Virus record (IMG/VR): IMGVR_UViG_3300033067_001756
Coordinates: 1 to 29,481 of that record
Source: a virus
Taxonomy: Duplodnaviria; Caudoviricetes
Length of the DNA stretch: 29,481 nt
Reading direction: 5' to 3' (one strand)
The translations under genes and the position numbers were made by a program. The notes beneath the pieces are model-generated. The model was not told the DNA's origin. It was given only the letters and a program-made list of their open reading frames with translations, and did no database searches. This document shows, in pieces, positions 1 through 10,097 of this stretch (position 1 is its first letter; each line of letters begins with the position of its first letter).

Positions 1-2
1 GA

Positions 3-1994
3 TATGCAGGAATCAGAAATTTGAAGGTAGGATTGTTTGATAGCCCAGAAGACGCTGTAGCTTCTGGAGTTTTACAAAATGCAGTCTACCTATCACATCT
101 TGATAGAGATATAGTAATTGGATCTTCTGATGACGTTTCTCTTCAAGTAGCTAGAGGCGTAAACCATACTATACAAATAGGACGGGCTACTGATAAAGCA
201 ATTTTTGATGTAACCGGGTTTACGATCCAGCAGTCTGACGGCGCTAAGTATACTACTATTACTCTTGGAGCCAAGACCGGAGATTACCTAAACTGGAAAG
301 GAAGAGCTTCAGGAGCAGGACCTTTAACTATTGGCGGTCCTGAATGGTCTGGGTATTCTGGTGCAGTATTTAGTGCGCAGTTAACCGGATCTTTTTATAC
401 CGGCGCTATGTTAAAAGTGCATGGCGACGCCGCTATAATGGGCAACTTAAAAGCGGTAGGTAATATAACAATTGTTAATACTACCGGCACTACCTCTACT
501 GTATTAGGTGACTGGACTGTTAATGACGAGCTGTTCGTAAATGGAATATCACATTTAAATGGTCCCGTAGAAGCTAATGATGTAAACGTTAATCAAAATC
601 TTTACATAGACAAAGACCTAATTGCCATGAACAATGGTGGGGCTGGCGGTAATGGTCAGTCTCTTATTGACGGACTTGACTGTTCCGAAATAGCTTGGAA
701 CTACGAAGCGGTTACAAGAAGTAAAAGAAATAATTCAATTATAGCTGCACCTTTAGCTACCGGTAGCTTAGCTCCTCGCCGAGTTACGACTAGACCTTGG
801 ATGGTTCTAAATACTAGCGTGCTTGTTGGTGACCTGTTTGCTATAACTGGATCTCTTAATGCTGCTGCCTCCAATTCTGGAGCACATCCAAATATTCTGC
901 AGCTTCTTATGTCAGAGCAAATAGTAACCGGCACATACTCAACTTTAGGAACAAGCTCTGGCGTATGGTCTCCAGGGCTCATGCAACCAGGAACAACTTG
1001 GATAAGGATGCTAGACGGACCTGCGGCTAATCTATCAGCCCCAATATACGGCTACACGGTTGAAGCTGCTTCTGGTAGCAGTATATCGCGCCTTAATGTT
1101 TTCCTTCCTGAAACATTTAGTGCTACTCCTCAGACAAACAATAGATATTTACTATACTGTCCAGACGCTTCAGCCTACGACACAGTTAGAGCTTCTGGTG
1201 GAGCTAGCCCTGCATTTAGTATAAATGCAAGTACTAGTGACCCACTTGCAGTTTCATTTGAAGATAGTGTCAGAATATTGACAAGCCCCACGTCTTCCTA
1301 TTCTATGCTATCCGCTCTACAAAATTCTATATCAGGATTTGTAGGAACCTCTCAAACAGGAATAGCTTACATCTTTGCGGATAGTAACGGCGTAGATCCA
1401 GAAAATCCCCCGTTATTTAAAGCAAGAGCTACTCCATTTAGAATGCCAGGACAAACACCAATTGGTGAAGTTGTAGCTTTATATAGCGGCAGCACTTGGT
1501 CTATTATAGACTCTATCTCTTATAGACCAGGACATAAGTATGACTCTGCTTGGATTCCTATATACTCTCCTCTTAATACTAGCTCCGGTAGATCTACTCC
1601 TAGCTTTAGTGCAAGCTCTACTCAAAGCTTAAAAGCATACTTTCACCACTATTTAGGTGGAGATGTAGATATAAGTAATCTTTCTGCTAGCCTTTATCTT
1701 GGTGCGCCTTCAGCTATATCTCCTGCACATAATCAAACATCTACTCCTCTCTATAGCTTCTTTGGACAAGATTCCAGAAATCTTCACGGATTATCTGGAT
1801 GTCTTATACATGTTCCGCTTGGAGCTAAAAGAACTTCAGACGATGCTACAGAAAGAGATGCTTCTATATTCTACCTAGATAGTGCTATGATAGGCCTAGA
1901 TATAAGCCCAGAGCTACTCACTAATTTCCCATTAGCTACAGGCTCTACTATACAGCCTTCATACCTAAGACTAATAATAAATAAGAATAGCTAA
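3..1994 (+). CDS. Putative tail fibre/virion appendage protein, 5'-truncated
   Basis: The frame is open from nt 3 (TAT GCA GGA ATC AGA AAT TTG), so the TTG at 21 is probably internal. Fibre-like beta repeats LKVHGDAAIMGNLKAVGNITI...VLGDWTVNDELFVNG...DVNVNQNLYIDKDLI. The C-terminal YDSAWIP...HYLG pattern is typical of phage fibre ends. TAA overlaps the next ATG. Confidence 0.6.
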   Translation, partial: YAGIRNLKVGLFDSPEDAVASGVLQNAVYLSHLDRDIVIGSSDDVSLQVARGVNHTIQIGRATDKAIFDVTGFTIQQSDGAKYTTITLGAKTGDYLNWKGRASGAGPLTIGGPEWSGYSGAVFSAQLTGSFYTGAMLKVHGDAAIMGNLKAVGNITIVNTTGTTSTVLGDWTVNDELFVNGISHLNGPVEANDVNVNQNLYIDKDLIAMNNGGAGGNGQSLIDGLDCSEIAWNYEAVTRSKRNNSIIAAPLATGSLAPRRVTTRPWMVLNTSVLVGDLFAITGSLNAAASNSGAHPNILQLLMSEQIVTGTYSTLGTSSGVWSPGLMQPGTTWIRMLDGPAANLSAPIYGYTVEAASGSSISRLNVFLPETFSATPQTNNRYLLYCPDASAYDTVRASGGASPAFSINASTSDPLAVSFEDSVRILTSPTSSYSMLSALQNSISGFVGTSQTGIAYIFADSNGVDPENPPLFKARATPFRMPGQTPIGEVVALYSGSTWSIIDSISYRPGHKYDSAWIPIYSPLNTSSGRSTPSFSASSTQSLKAYFHHYLGGDVDISNLSASLYLGAPSAISPAHNQTSTPLYSFFGQDSRNLHGLSGCLIHVPLGAKRTSDDATERDASIFYLDSAMIGLDISPELLTNFPLATGSTIQPSYLRLIINKNS

Positions 1995-4567
1995 TGGATC
2001 CTAAATCTAGATTTTATGGCTGTGAAAGTGAAGGCTTTCCAGCTATTTCCAACTATGACTTTGAGACAAACAAAGCAATACGCGGAATCAATGACCGTCA
2101 GTTTAGATGGGAAGACGTAGCTACAGAAAGCGTTTATCAGCTTAATGAAGCTACCACTAATGGATCTTTTGAAACCACTAGCTACGTTCCAGTAAACCCT
2201 ACTGGACTTAGCCTATTAGCTAGCGGATCAACAACATATAGCGGATTTTCTGGTTGGATTTGTACAGGCAGTTTTGTTACCTATGTCGGAGTATCTGGAG
2301 CAACAATTCATAGCGGCCAGTTATCTGGCGTAACTAGTTCTTTTACAGTACATCCTTTAGATCAAAATAATGCTTTGGGCCTATACTGCTTTAATACTGG
2401 GTCCAGACCTATTGTTATATCTAGCACGTTTGGTACTGGAGATGAGGGCCCAGTTGTCATAGAAGGTACACATCAGGTATATCTTAAAGCAAAGCTAGGA
2501 TACGGATCCTCTGGTAATTTATTGACTTACGTAAGAGGATGGAGTGCAGGAAATATAGTTGCTTACTATAATCATATTTCTGGTGCATGGCAAACTACTC
2601 TACCCTTAGAAAACATACACCCGATCGGCTCAGGAGTAGAAGTAGTAAAATATAATTTTATTGCTGATGACTTTCCTGCGGCTACTCCAGATTCTTTTGA
2701 TATATGTATTAGCAATATTACTAGCGGTTCTTTTATAACTGTAGACGATTGCCACATAGACGCTTATTTTAAAAAGAATGCTTATATAGACTATCTAGTC
2801 CCTTCTGGATACTTTATTCAAGTTACTCCTGATCTAGGCTGGCACAACATACTATCAATGTTTGATAGTAATGAATTAAACCCGCACCTAAGAACAATTG
2901 GCCCATACATAGTAGAGTATGGTAATCTAACAGATAATCTAGACAATAGTGTTACGGCTACTGTAGACTACGCTGACTTACAGGCAGTAACAACAAGTAA
3001 CTTCAAAAAGTATCTATGGAGAGCCTTACCCGTTACTCCTAATGGAGAAGTAGGAGCTGGAGGACTTCCACAAAAGTTCTCGTATGTAGGAGATCAAGTA
3101 AATACTTTATTTACTGTAGATAAAATAATAGACGATCCTACTTCTACTACAAAAACTATTATAGGTACTAAAGGCGTAACTATGATTGTCTTAGTAGACG
3201 GCATAGCTAACAACCCAGGTCTTACATATCCTACTACCAGTACTTGGAAACTAGTAATCAATTTATCTTCTTCTACAAGAGTTCTCTCTCTACAGGGAGA
3301 AGATGTAGGAGGAGCTACTTCCTCTATTAGACGTGTTACACTTAGTAATCCAGTATTTAATCAAAATACTAATGCCTTATGGAATATATTTGATGAGCAC
3401 GGATTAGTTGCAGACGTAGAAAGACTGCCTAATGAAAGTAACTACGACTACTCTCTTAGAATAAAGGATAAGTATAAAAATAGAACTGGTCCTAACTTTG
3501 TAGGCATAGTTAACGGAGCAAGTAACGAGCTAGCTATTTCTAAAGTCTCAGACGCAATACTACTTAGCTTATCAAAAAATATCTATGGGGTAGAAAAGAC
3601 TAAGACAGCTAAAGTAGAAGTTACTTCTTATTCTATTAGGATAGAGGTAGACTCGTTTATAGTACAAGAAAAGTTATTAGTAGATCCAGTTTTTGGCACT
3701 ATAGATCTTTCTTATAGACCAAAAGATCTTCCAATTTACGCAGAGCTTGAAGGTGCTGGAAGATTAAATCTTAAAGACATTTCTATAGAACTCTTACAAG
3801 ACGATTACTTATTAGTAAATAGATTTAAGTTTATAGATACAAGTATTTATGGCAGGTATGTTACTGTTACTTACAACTATATAGTAGAGTTTTTGTTTAA
3901 AGATTATCCTACTTTAGAGAGTGTTATAAATGCTGTTAATAATTTAACTGATCTTTCAGGACAAAAAGTATTAAGTTGTGAAATAAATCAAAAGCTTTCA
4001 GGTAATGAATCTGCACTAGGGTTGTTTATTAGTCAAAAAACTATTACTCCTACGTCTAGTGCTGGCGTTGATTGGTCTCCTATAAGACTTAAAAAGGTTT
4101 CTGATAGAGGCTATAGAAATTATTTTATTGATGACAATACTGTAAAAGATAGTAAGTACTATGAATATGTAAAAGAACTAAAAGATGGGATCAAAATATT
4201 TTGGGGCAATGTAGAAGCTGATAGAGATAGATGGGATTCTAATGTAAATAAAACTTTAGCACTAGACTCTATTCCTACATTATTTGATCCTCCTATCACA
4301 AAAATGATATCAATGCTTTCTGGCCAGCAAGAAAGAGTAGAAGCTATAACTGCTTGGGGTAGAAGCTACAAAGGCTTTAGTGAAGAGTATCTTATGAATG
4401 CCGGCTTAACGCAAGACGTGTTTCAACCAGGCGTAGCGCATACTAATGACTTAACTCCTAATATAAAGATATATAACACTTCTATAGAGATAGACAGCTC
4501 ATTAGATTCTAACATAAGCGACATTAAAAACAACAATAACTACTTAATCTTCTCTGGACAAAGATAA
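1994..4567 (+). CDS. Putative baseplate wedge subunit (gpI/gp48-like motif) with N-terminal CBM-like/Ig-like extension, 857 aa
   Basis: WNIFDEHGLVADVERLPNESNYDYSLRI...GIVNGASNEL (nt ~3380-3535) matches the 'D..G....v.Rl..Es...Yr.RI' pattern of myovirus wedge proteins. The N-terminal TNGSFE...GW...VDDCHI resembles a galactose-binding-like fold. TAATG coupling at both ends. Confidence 0.6.
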   Translation: MDPKSRFYGCESEGFPAISNYDFETNKAIRGINDRQFRWEDVATESVYQLNEATTNGSFETTSYVPVNPTGLSLLASGSTTYSGFSGWICTGSFVTYVGVSGATIHSGQLSGVTSSFTVHPLDQNNALGLYCFNTGSRPIVISSTFGTGDEGPVVIEGTHQVYLKAKLGYGSSGNLLTYVRGWSAGNIVAYYNHISGAWQTTLPLENIHPIGSGVEVVKYNFIADDFPAATPDSFDICISNITSGSFITVDDCHIDAYFKKNAYIDYLVPSGYFIQVTPDLGWHNILSMFDSNELNPHLRTIGPYIVEYGNLTDNLDNSVTATVDYADLQAVTTSNFKKYLWRALPVTPNGEVGAGGLPQKFSYVGDQVNTLFTVDKIIDDPTSTTKTIIGTKGVTMIVLVDGIANNPGLTYPTTSTWKLVINLSSSTRVLSLQGEDVGGATSSIRRVTLSNPVFNQNTNALWNIFDEHGLVADVERLPNESNYDYSLRIKDKYKNRTGPNFVGIVNGASNELAISKVSDAILLSLSKNIYGVEKTKTAKVEVTSYSIRIEVDSFIVQEKLLVDPVFGTIDLSYRPKDLPIYAELEGAGRLNLKDISIELLQDDYLLVNRFKFIDTSIYGRYVTVTYNYIVEFLFKDYPTLESVINAVNNLTDLSGQKVLSCEINQKLSGNESALGLFISQKTITPTSSAGVDWSPIRLKKVSDRGYRNYFIDDNTVKDSKYYEYVKELKDGIKIFWGNVEADRDRWDSNVNKTLALDSIPTLFDPPITKMISMLSGQQERVEAITAWGRSYKGFSEEYLMNAGLTQDVFQPGVAHTNDLTPNIKIYNTSIEIDSSLDSNISDIKNNNNYLIFSGQR

Positions 4568-7500
4568 TGGTAACCTACTCCTACTCAGTTCAAAATTCGG
4601 GCCCTTCTAGTAATATACAATCTGTAATTAACAGAATTGTAAATGAGCTTTCTTCTAATCCTACAATAGAAAGAGACATAGAAATACTAATAGATAAGGG
4701 ATCCTACTCTGGGTTTACTATTCCAGACGCCTCTTTGTACCCTCTATACTCTGCTGGTTATAATTTAGTAATTAAATCTTCTGGTAATCACTTTCCTATA
4801 ATAGACTTTAATAGAAGCGTTGATACTCAAGTAGTAGGAATAGACATAGGTTCGGGTAATCCAAACGTAATAATAGACAGACTACGTGTGCAGTATTTTG
4901 CAGTAGGTATCCGGGCGGGACTTAACTCTCATAGCCCTATTGTAAAAAACTGTATTATAAACAACAATAGAAACGTAGGTATATTTTTTGAGCAAGTAAT
5001 AGAACCGCAAGCTATACAAAATATAGTAGTAAATGGCGACTATGGTATAGTAGCCCGCTTAACTAAGTCTATAGCTATCCTTCATAATACAATATTTATG
5101 AACGGCGCTATTAGTTCTAACGTGGGTAAATCAATTTCTTGCATCTGGGCAGAGTTAGCTAACGACTATGGCCAAGGATTAGACGACACTGGGTCTGTGC
5201 ATTTACTAGGCAACATTGGCTGGAATACTACAGGAAGATGCCTTACATTATTTATAGGAGACGTAGAAGGAGAGGGTAAGCTAGTATCAGAATTTAATGA
5301 CTGGGTAGTCGGTGACCCGGAAGAGTTTATTGTAGTAGAAGATAATATTTTTTATAAAGGACCTAATAGCAGTCCAAGAAGAATCTTTAAAACTCTAAAT
5401 GAATGGAAGGTCTTAGGTTTTGATACACAATCTAAAAGCGAAGATCCTAAATTTATCTCTCCCTTAAAAATAAGAAAGAATAGAAATGGATATGCCATAG
5501 ATCTTAATATACTTCCAGTATCTCCTGTTCTTGGTATGGTCCCTAGCTTTGGATATGATGTAGAAGAGTCTATTTCTTGGCTACCTTCTTACGTAGACAG
5601 CCTAGATTTATCTAAGGACATACTAAAGTATAATAGAAATCAGTCTGGCACCTCAGCAGGAGCTAATGAAAAGCTTTCTACTTCTGGATTTTTTGGACAA
5701 GATATATTTAGTAATCCTCTTGATCTAGACCTTGTAAAAAATTGTAACATAGATCCTTTTGCAAACATTTTATTTAAATCACTAGAGCTTTGGAGACCAA
5801 GCTTAAAGCCGGGATATTTTTATTCTAATGAGAGAGAGTTCTATCTGTATTCTAAGAAAGAAACTAAAACTTTAGGAGAACTCTCAGTTACGTCCTTTTT
5901 CTTACCTGGAAAAATCGCGCATAACAAGCTGATAAAAGTAAAGGCTGCTGGTAAAGAAATTGACTCTAGTTACTACGATATTAGTAATAATGTTTTTACT
6001 TTATTTCATAAAGACCTTCCTATAGTCAGTAAAGAAGAAGAGATAGAAATAGAAGGATACGTATCTAGCTGGAACTCTGGCTCCTTTGTTTACTCTAAAT
6101 GCCTATATAGGTTTAAAATTAACGAAGGCGAAACTAAATTTTTAATGCCAGAAACTTACTATGCTTCTGGTCCAGTAGTTGTAACCGACGATATGTCTTA
6201 CCCTACAGACTCTGACTACATTAGTAATAGAGAGTACGGTATTCGTTTTAACGAAAACAACTCAGAGTTAGTACTAGCTAATAATAAAAATCAATTAACT
6301 AACAGCCAATTTGATTATTCTATAAGTGGCAGCCCGACTTATTGGCAGTCTAGCGGAGCCTCTGTAGAAAGAGGAGCTGCTCCTTATTACACAGTAGCCG
6401 GCTCAAATTTATGCAAGTTAGAAAATAATGGCTATATAAAGAAAATAGTAGGCCTTACCGAAGATCAAAATCATTGTCTCTCCTTTCATGCAATGAGTCA
6501 TGGTAGAGGAAAACTATATTGGGAGATTGAATACTATTCTAATACTTATGATACATTAGGTGTAGTAAGTACAGGATCTATTAACCTAAAGAATAACTGG
6601 TCAAGGTATTATATACCTTTTGTTGTTACAGGAATAGAAGACGGCTTTACTCCGCAAGTACCTTATCCTTCAATTGAGCTAGCCTCCTATACCCCTCCTA
6701 CAAATTGCTTTTATGCTGGTATAAAACTTTATCATAAAGAAAACCCGGCCTATACTGGTGAAGCAATGATAGATGCTGTTCAGTATGAGCATAGCTCTTT
6801 TCCTTCTCTTTACCATAGACTTCCGTTCTTAAACGAGATTACAGTTGAGTATGAGTCTAGCGATAGTAATCAATTTATTGATTCTAGGTTAACCATATCT
6901 CCAATAATAAATTTAATTAGTGACGGTTTTATTTATATACCTGAGGTTCCTGCTTCTTCTTACGGCGGGCCAGATAGTCCAGCTATAACTACTTTACATG
7001 AATGGAGATGGCAGGAAGGTAGAAAAAAATTGATACCATGGTCTAGAACAAAAGGAAAGGATAAGCTTAGAAAAAGACCTGTTGACAAATTTAATAAGAT
7101 ACCAGAAGTTAAGCCGGAACTTATTGCTCCTGTAGGCTTTACTCCATCCGTTAGAGATATAGATATTATTCCTAGCCTCCCTACAACATATGTAGGAGAC
7201 ACAAACGGCGTGGGCATATCAATAAAAGTTTACGATACAGACGGAAACCCTCATGCTTTAAACAGCCTCACAGCCTCTGTAATCGACTTTAATCTTAGGT
7301 ACCCAGGAACATTATCCAAGAAAATATATGGCTTAAAACAGCAGCTAGGAGCCTCTATTGCAGCTAAAACAGATAGCGCTGGCACTGTAGCCTTTACTTG
7401 GGTTCCTCCAGAAGAGCCCGCGGGGACCTATAAAGGTCCTATTCCTGTACCTACAATGGTGGCCAGTAATGGAGAAAATATATCAGTAATAAAAACTGAT

Positions 7501-8037
7501 TACCCCGTAAGCCTAGATTCTTTAGGTAATATTTTACTATTTAATGCTAAAGGGGAACCTATAAGTCTGAAAGCTGAGCTGCCGATTATAGCAGATTACA
7601 TTCCCACATATGGCGGAGAATACGCTAATATAAAATTAAAGTACCCTATAACCCCAGGCAGCGTGATACTAAAAGTAGACAATAAATTCTACACAGAAAA
7701 TCAAACTAACATTATAGATAGCGATCAATTTTTTGTAGACTATGAGAATTTTTTGATTACTGTAAAAGGCAGGCCTAGTAGAATTAGTGTTGAGTACATC
7801 CCTTATTACGCATATATTAGTGAGGTCGATCCTTATAATATAATGCTTTACTATGACAAGCTATTTTCTAACTATGACGGAGAGATATCTCTAGGTTATG
7901 ACTTCTATATAAAGCTTAATGTAAAAGTTCACGACCCGGCCAACTCAACCTATTTTAGTAAAGATTTTGAACTGATTGCCCAAAATCCTTTAACTAAATA
8001 CTCTTCTTACGTCAATCCGCTTTCACTGGAGTTCTAA
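4567..8037 (+). CDS. Multidomain virion protein: N-terminal right-handed beta-helix (pectin-lyase-like), CBM-like domain, Ig-like domain, 1156 aa
   Basis: Beta-helix rungs VKNCIINNNRNVGIFF / IQNIVVNGDYGIV / ILHNTIFMNG, closed by TLNEWK..GFDTQS...DPKF...SPVLG...SAGANE. CBM-like NQLTNSQFD...W...LSFHA...WSRY...IDAVQYE (nt ~6290-6790). Ig-like TDSAGTVAFTWVPP. Confidence 0.7.
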   Translation: MVTYSYSVQNSGPSSNIQSVINRIVNELSSNPTIERDIEILIDKGSYSGFTIPDASLYPLYSAGYNLVIKSSGNHFPIIDFNRSVDTQVVGIDIGSGNPNVIIDRLRVQYFAVGIRAGLNSHSPIVKNCIINNNRNVGIFFEQVIEPQAIQNIVVNGDYGIVARLTKSIAILHNTIFMNGAISSNVGKSISCIWAELANDYGQGLDDTGSVHLLGNIGWNTTGRCLTLFIGDVEGEGKLVSEFNDWVVGDPEEFIVVEDNIFYKGPNSSPRRIFKTLNEWKVLGFDTQSKSEDPKFISPLKIRKNRNGYAIDLNILPVSPVLGMVPSFGYDVEESISWLPSYVDSLDLSKDILKYNRNQSGTSAGANEKLSTSGFFGQDIFSNPLDLDLVKNCNIDPFANILFKSLELWRPSLKPGYFYSNEREFYLYSKKETKTLGELSVTSFFLPGKIAHNKLIKVKAAGKEIDSSYYDISNNVFTLFHKDLPIVSKEEEIEIEGYVSSWNSGSFVYSKCLYRFKINEGETKFLMPETYYASGPVVVTDDMSYPTDSDYISNREYGIRFNENNSELVLANNKNQLTNSQFDYSISGSPTYWQSSGASVERGAAPYYTVAGSNLCKLENNGYIKKIVGLTEDQNHCLSFHAMSHGRGKLYWEIEYYSNTYDTLGVVSTGSINLKNNWSRYYIPFVVTGIEDGFTPQVPYPSIELASYTPPTNCFYAGIKLYHKENPAYTGEAMIDAVQYEHSSFPSLYHRLPFLNEITVEYESSDSNQFIDSRLTISPIINLISDGFIYIPEVPASSYGGPDSPAITTLHEWRWQEGRKKLIPWSRTKGKDKLRKRPVDKFNKIPEVKPELIAPVGFTPSVRDIDIIPSLPTTYVGDTNGVGISIKVYDTDGNPHALNSLTASVIDFNLRYPGTLSKKIYGLKQQLGASIAAKTDSAGTVAFTWVPPEEPAGTYKGPIPVPTMVASNGENISVIKTDYPVSLDSLGNILLFNAKGEPISLKAELPIIADYIPTYGGEYANIKLKYPITPGSVILKVDNKFYTENQTNIIDSDQFFVDYENFLITVKGRPSRISVEYIPYYAYISEVDPYNIMLYYDKLFSNYDGEISLGYDFYIKLNVKVHDPANSTYFSKDFELIAQNPLTKYSSYVNPLSLEF

Positions 8038-10097
8038 TGTCTTACTGTGTTTCGATTAATAGCCTAGAGCATTTACCTGATGAAGATACCTTATTAGTTC
8101 ATTACAGTATTCTTTGTACTGGAACATGGCATCTACTACAGCAAGCTACTGCTTATAGAAACGTCTGTGATACCGAGTGGACAATAATGATCCCAAATCA
8201 TCAGCATCCACGGCACACAGATTTTCCAATTACAGTAACTAGCCCAGGCTTTCCTGCTACCTTTGCTTGGAACTACGGAGGTATACAGGGGATTGCTAGT
8301 GAAGATTTTGATGAGTACCATTCTTACATTGTTCAAATAGGTATCTTTAACTACGACTGTTATAATACAGGACAGCCTATTACTGGAGCAGAAACCGGAA
8401 CGGAAGAGATACAGACAGGGGTAACTACTGGAGAAGCTCCTGGTACAGAAATACCTCCTGGTTGGGGAGGCCCTACTAGTCCAGGTGGACCTGGTGGTCC
8501 TGGCGTTCCTGGTGGTCCGGGAGTACCTGGAGGTGGTGGTGGAGGAGAAGAAGGGCCTGGAGGACCAGGTGGTCCAGGACAAGGCGGAGGTAACGGAGGC
8601 GGAGAAGAGCCGTACGTTCCTAATCCTCCTGAGTCTCCTTCTAATCCAGAGGTGCCTCCTTTCCTACCAATTATTGAGCCTCCTTATTCTCAACCTTCAA
8701 TTCCTCCCTCTACTTCTATACCTGAGACTCCTGAAGGTTCAGGAAGAATACCCTCTACATCTGGCGGCATAATTATTGATATAACTAATCTAGATCAAAC
8801 TACTCCCGAGGTTCCTTCAAGACCTTCTGAAGGTACGTCTCAAGGAACTAACTTTAGTTCTTCTAGAAATCCTGCAATTCCTATCTTAGGTGGAGTAATA
8901 GGTATACAGATGGATCAATCAATAGATATAAATACTATCAATACTACAAATGATGGTACTATACCAGGAAACCTTACTAGCTCGTATTTTGGTAACAGAC
9001 CTATAACAAATAGAAAGACTACACAAATACCTATGACTCAAAGTAACTATAACGATTTTATAAATCTAGTAGTACCCTCAAACGAGATAGTTATAGGAGC
9101 CCCAATAGTAATTTCTTGTGTAATGACTCCTACAGAATCAGTTACAGCTAAGATGGAGTTAAGCATTCAAGACTCTAGTTCCTCCATAGTTGTTGCGCAA
9201 ACAGACTATATATCTTGTTCTCCTTTGTCTTCCTTAACCTGCGGAGTAAGTACTCTATCTAGTATTTACAATCTAGGTAACATAATAATTATAGCCAAAG
9301 TTTATATAGATAACCAAGTTGTAGGCGTTAAGTCACTGGCTTGCACTATAATTGAACCTGTTAATCAAGGAGAGGTACATGCAGAATCTATTACCTCCTC
9401 TGAAATACCTACGACTATATCTAATAGTGCGGGCGTTGCATTAAGTGGAATAGAAGTATTTGTTCCTAACGCTACAAGTGTCAACGTTATATTACAAACT
9501 TCAGAAGAAATAAGTGAGTTCTCTTCTGTACTAAGGACTGCTTATTTATCTGAAGATAAGTATTCTTTAACTATATATAACGCTACTCGTTCAGGCGCAG
9601 CTAGAAGCACATTTAATTCTGGAGACCTGTCAGGTAATTCACACTATCTAAGAGAAGAAAGCTATAGTGATAAAAAATATACTCTTAATAATAAAGAGGT
9701 GTTTAAGTCGACTCATACCTCCGCTATTAGCTCGGCTGTACAGCCTACTAAACTTTTGATGGTAGAGATAGCTCCTTCCGCTGGCAATACTGAAGGTGAT
9801 ACTTATGGTAAACTTTTTGTGACTAATGGAGTTGACCTGCGTCCAATAACTGCTACAATAGGCGCTTCAACGGTTACAGCTAGCGTACCTTTTGGTAATA
9901 TAGAAGTTGGTCTAGTAAACCACGGATATAATTCCGGAGTAACTACTTCTATGTTGACAAGTACTGCGAATATATTTGGAGAAGTAATATGGAATACTAC
10001 TATTAGTCCTATGCAATATTATTCTATAATATTACCCATTAATGGAATTTTAAATCCATTTCTACCTCCAGCCTTTAGTGATAGGTATTTACCATGA
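8037..10097 (+). CDS. Hypothetical virion-associated protein with Gly/Pro-rich linker, 686 aa
   Basis: Long ORF. GGAG lies 5 nt upstream of the ATG, which overlaps the previous TAA. Central PGGPGGPGVPGGPGVP and Pro/Ser/Glu-rich tract, flanked by beta-rich regions. Confidence 0.75.
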   Translation: MSYCVSINSLEHLPDEDTLLVHYSILCTGTWHLLQQATAYRNVCDTEWTIMIPNHQHPRHTDFPITVTSPGFPATFAWNYGGIQGIASEDFDEYHSYIVQIGIFNYDCYNTGQPITGAETGTEEIQTGVTTGEAPGTEIPPGWGGPTSPGGPGGPGVPGGPGVPGGGGGGEEGPGGPGGPGQGGGNGGGEEPYVPNPPESPSNPEVPPFLPIIEPPYSQPSIPPSTSIPETPEGSGRIPSTSGGIIIDITNLDQTTPEVPSRPSEGTSQGTNFSSSRNPAIPILGGVIGIQMDQSIDINTINTTNDGTIPGNLTSSYFGNRPITNRKTTQIPMTQSNYNDFINLVVPSNEIVIGAPIVISCVMTPTESVTAKMELSIQDSSSSIVVAQTDYISCSPLSSLTCGVSTLSSIYNLGNIIIIAKVYIDNQVVGVKSLACTIIEPVNQGEVHAESITSSEIPTTISNSAGVALSGIEVFVPNATSVNVILQTSEEISEFSSVLRTAYLSEDKYSLTIYNATRSGAARSTFNSGDLSGNSHYLREESYSDKKYTLNNKEVFKSTHTSAISSAVQPTKLLMVEIAPSAGNTEGDTYGKLFVTNGVDLRPITATIGASTVTASVPFGNIEVGLVNHGYNSGVTTSMLTSTANIFGEVIWNTTISPMQYYSIILPINGILNPFLPPAFSDRYLP
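8481..8603 (+). repeat. Coding low-complexity Gly-X-Pro triplet repeat (GGP/GVP) and poly-Gly
   Basis: CCAGGTGGACCTGGTGGTCCTGGCGTTCCTGGTGGTCCGGGAGTACCTGGA... is a degenerate 9-nt repeat whose third codon positions vary in the frame of the 686-aa ORF. Confidence 0.85.

Noticed and set aside
21-23. TTG start for the first ORF
   Set aside because: The frame is open to the window edge, so the true start is probably upstream.
8136-8772. ORFs 8136..8582 (-) and 8485..8772 (+)
   Set aside because: Shadow frames created by the stop-poor Gly/Pro repeat of the 686-aa gene.
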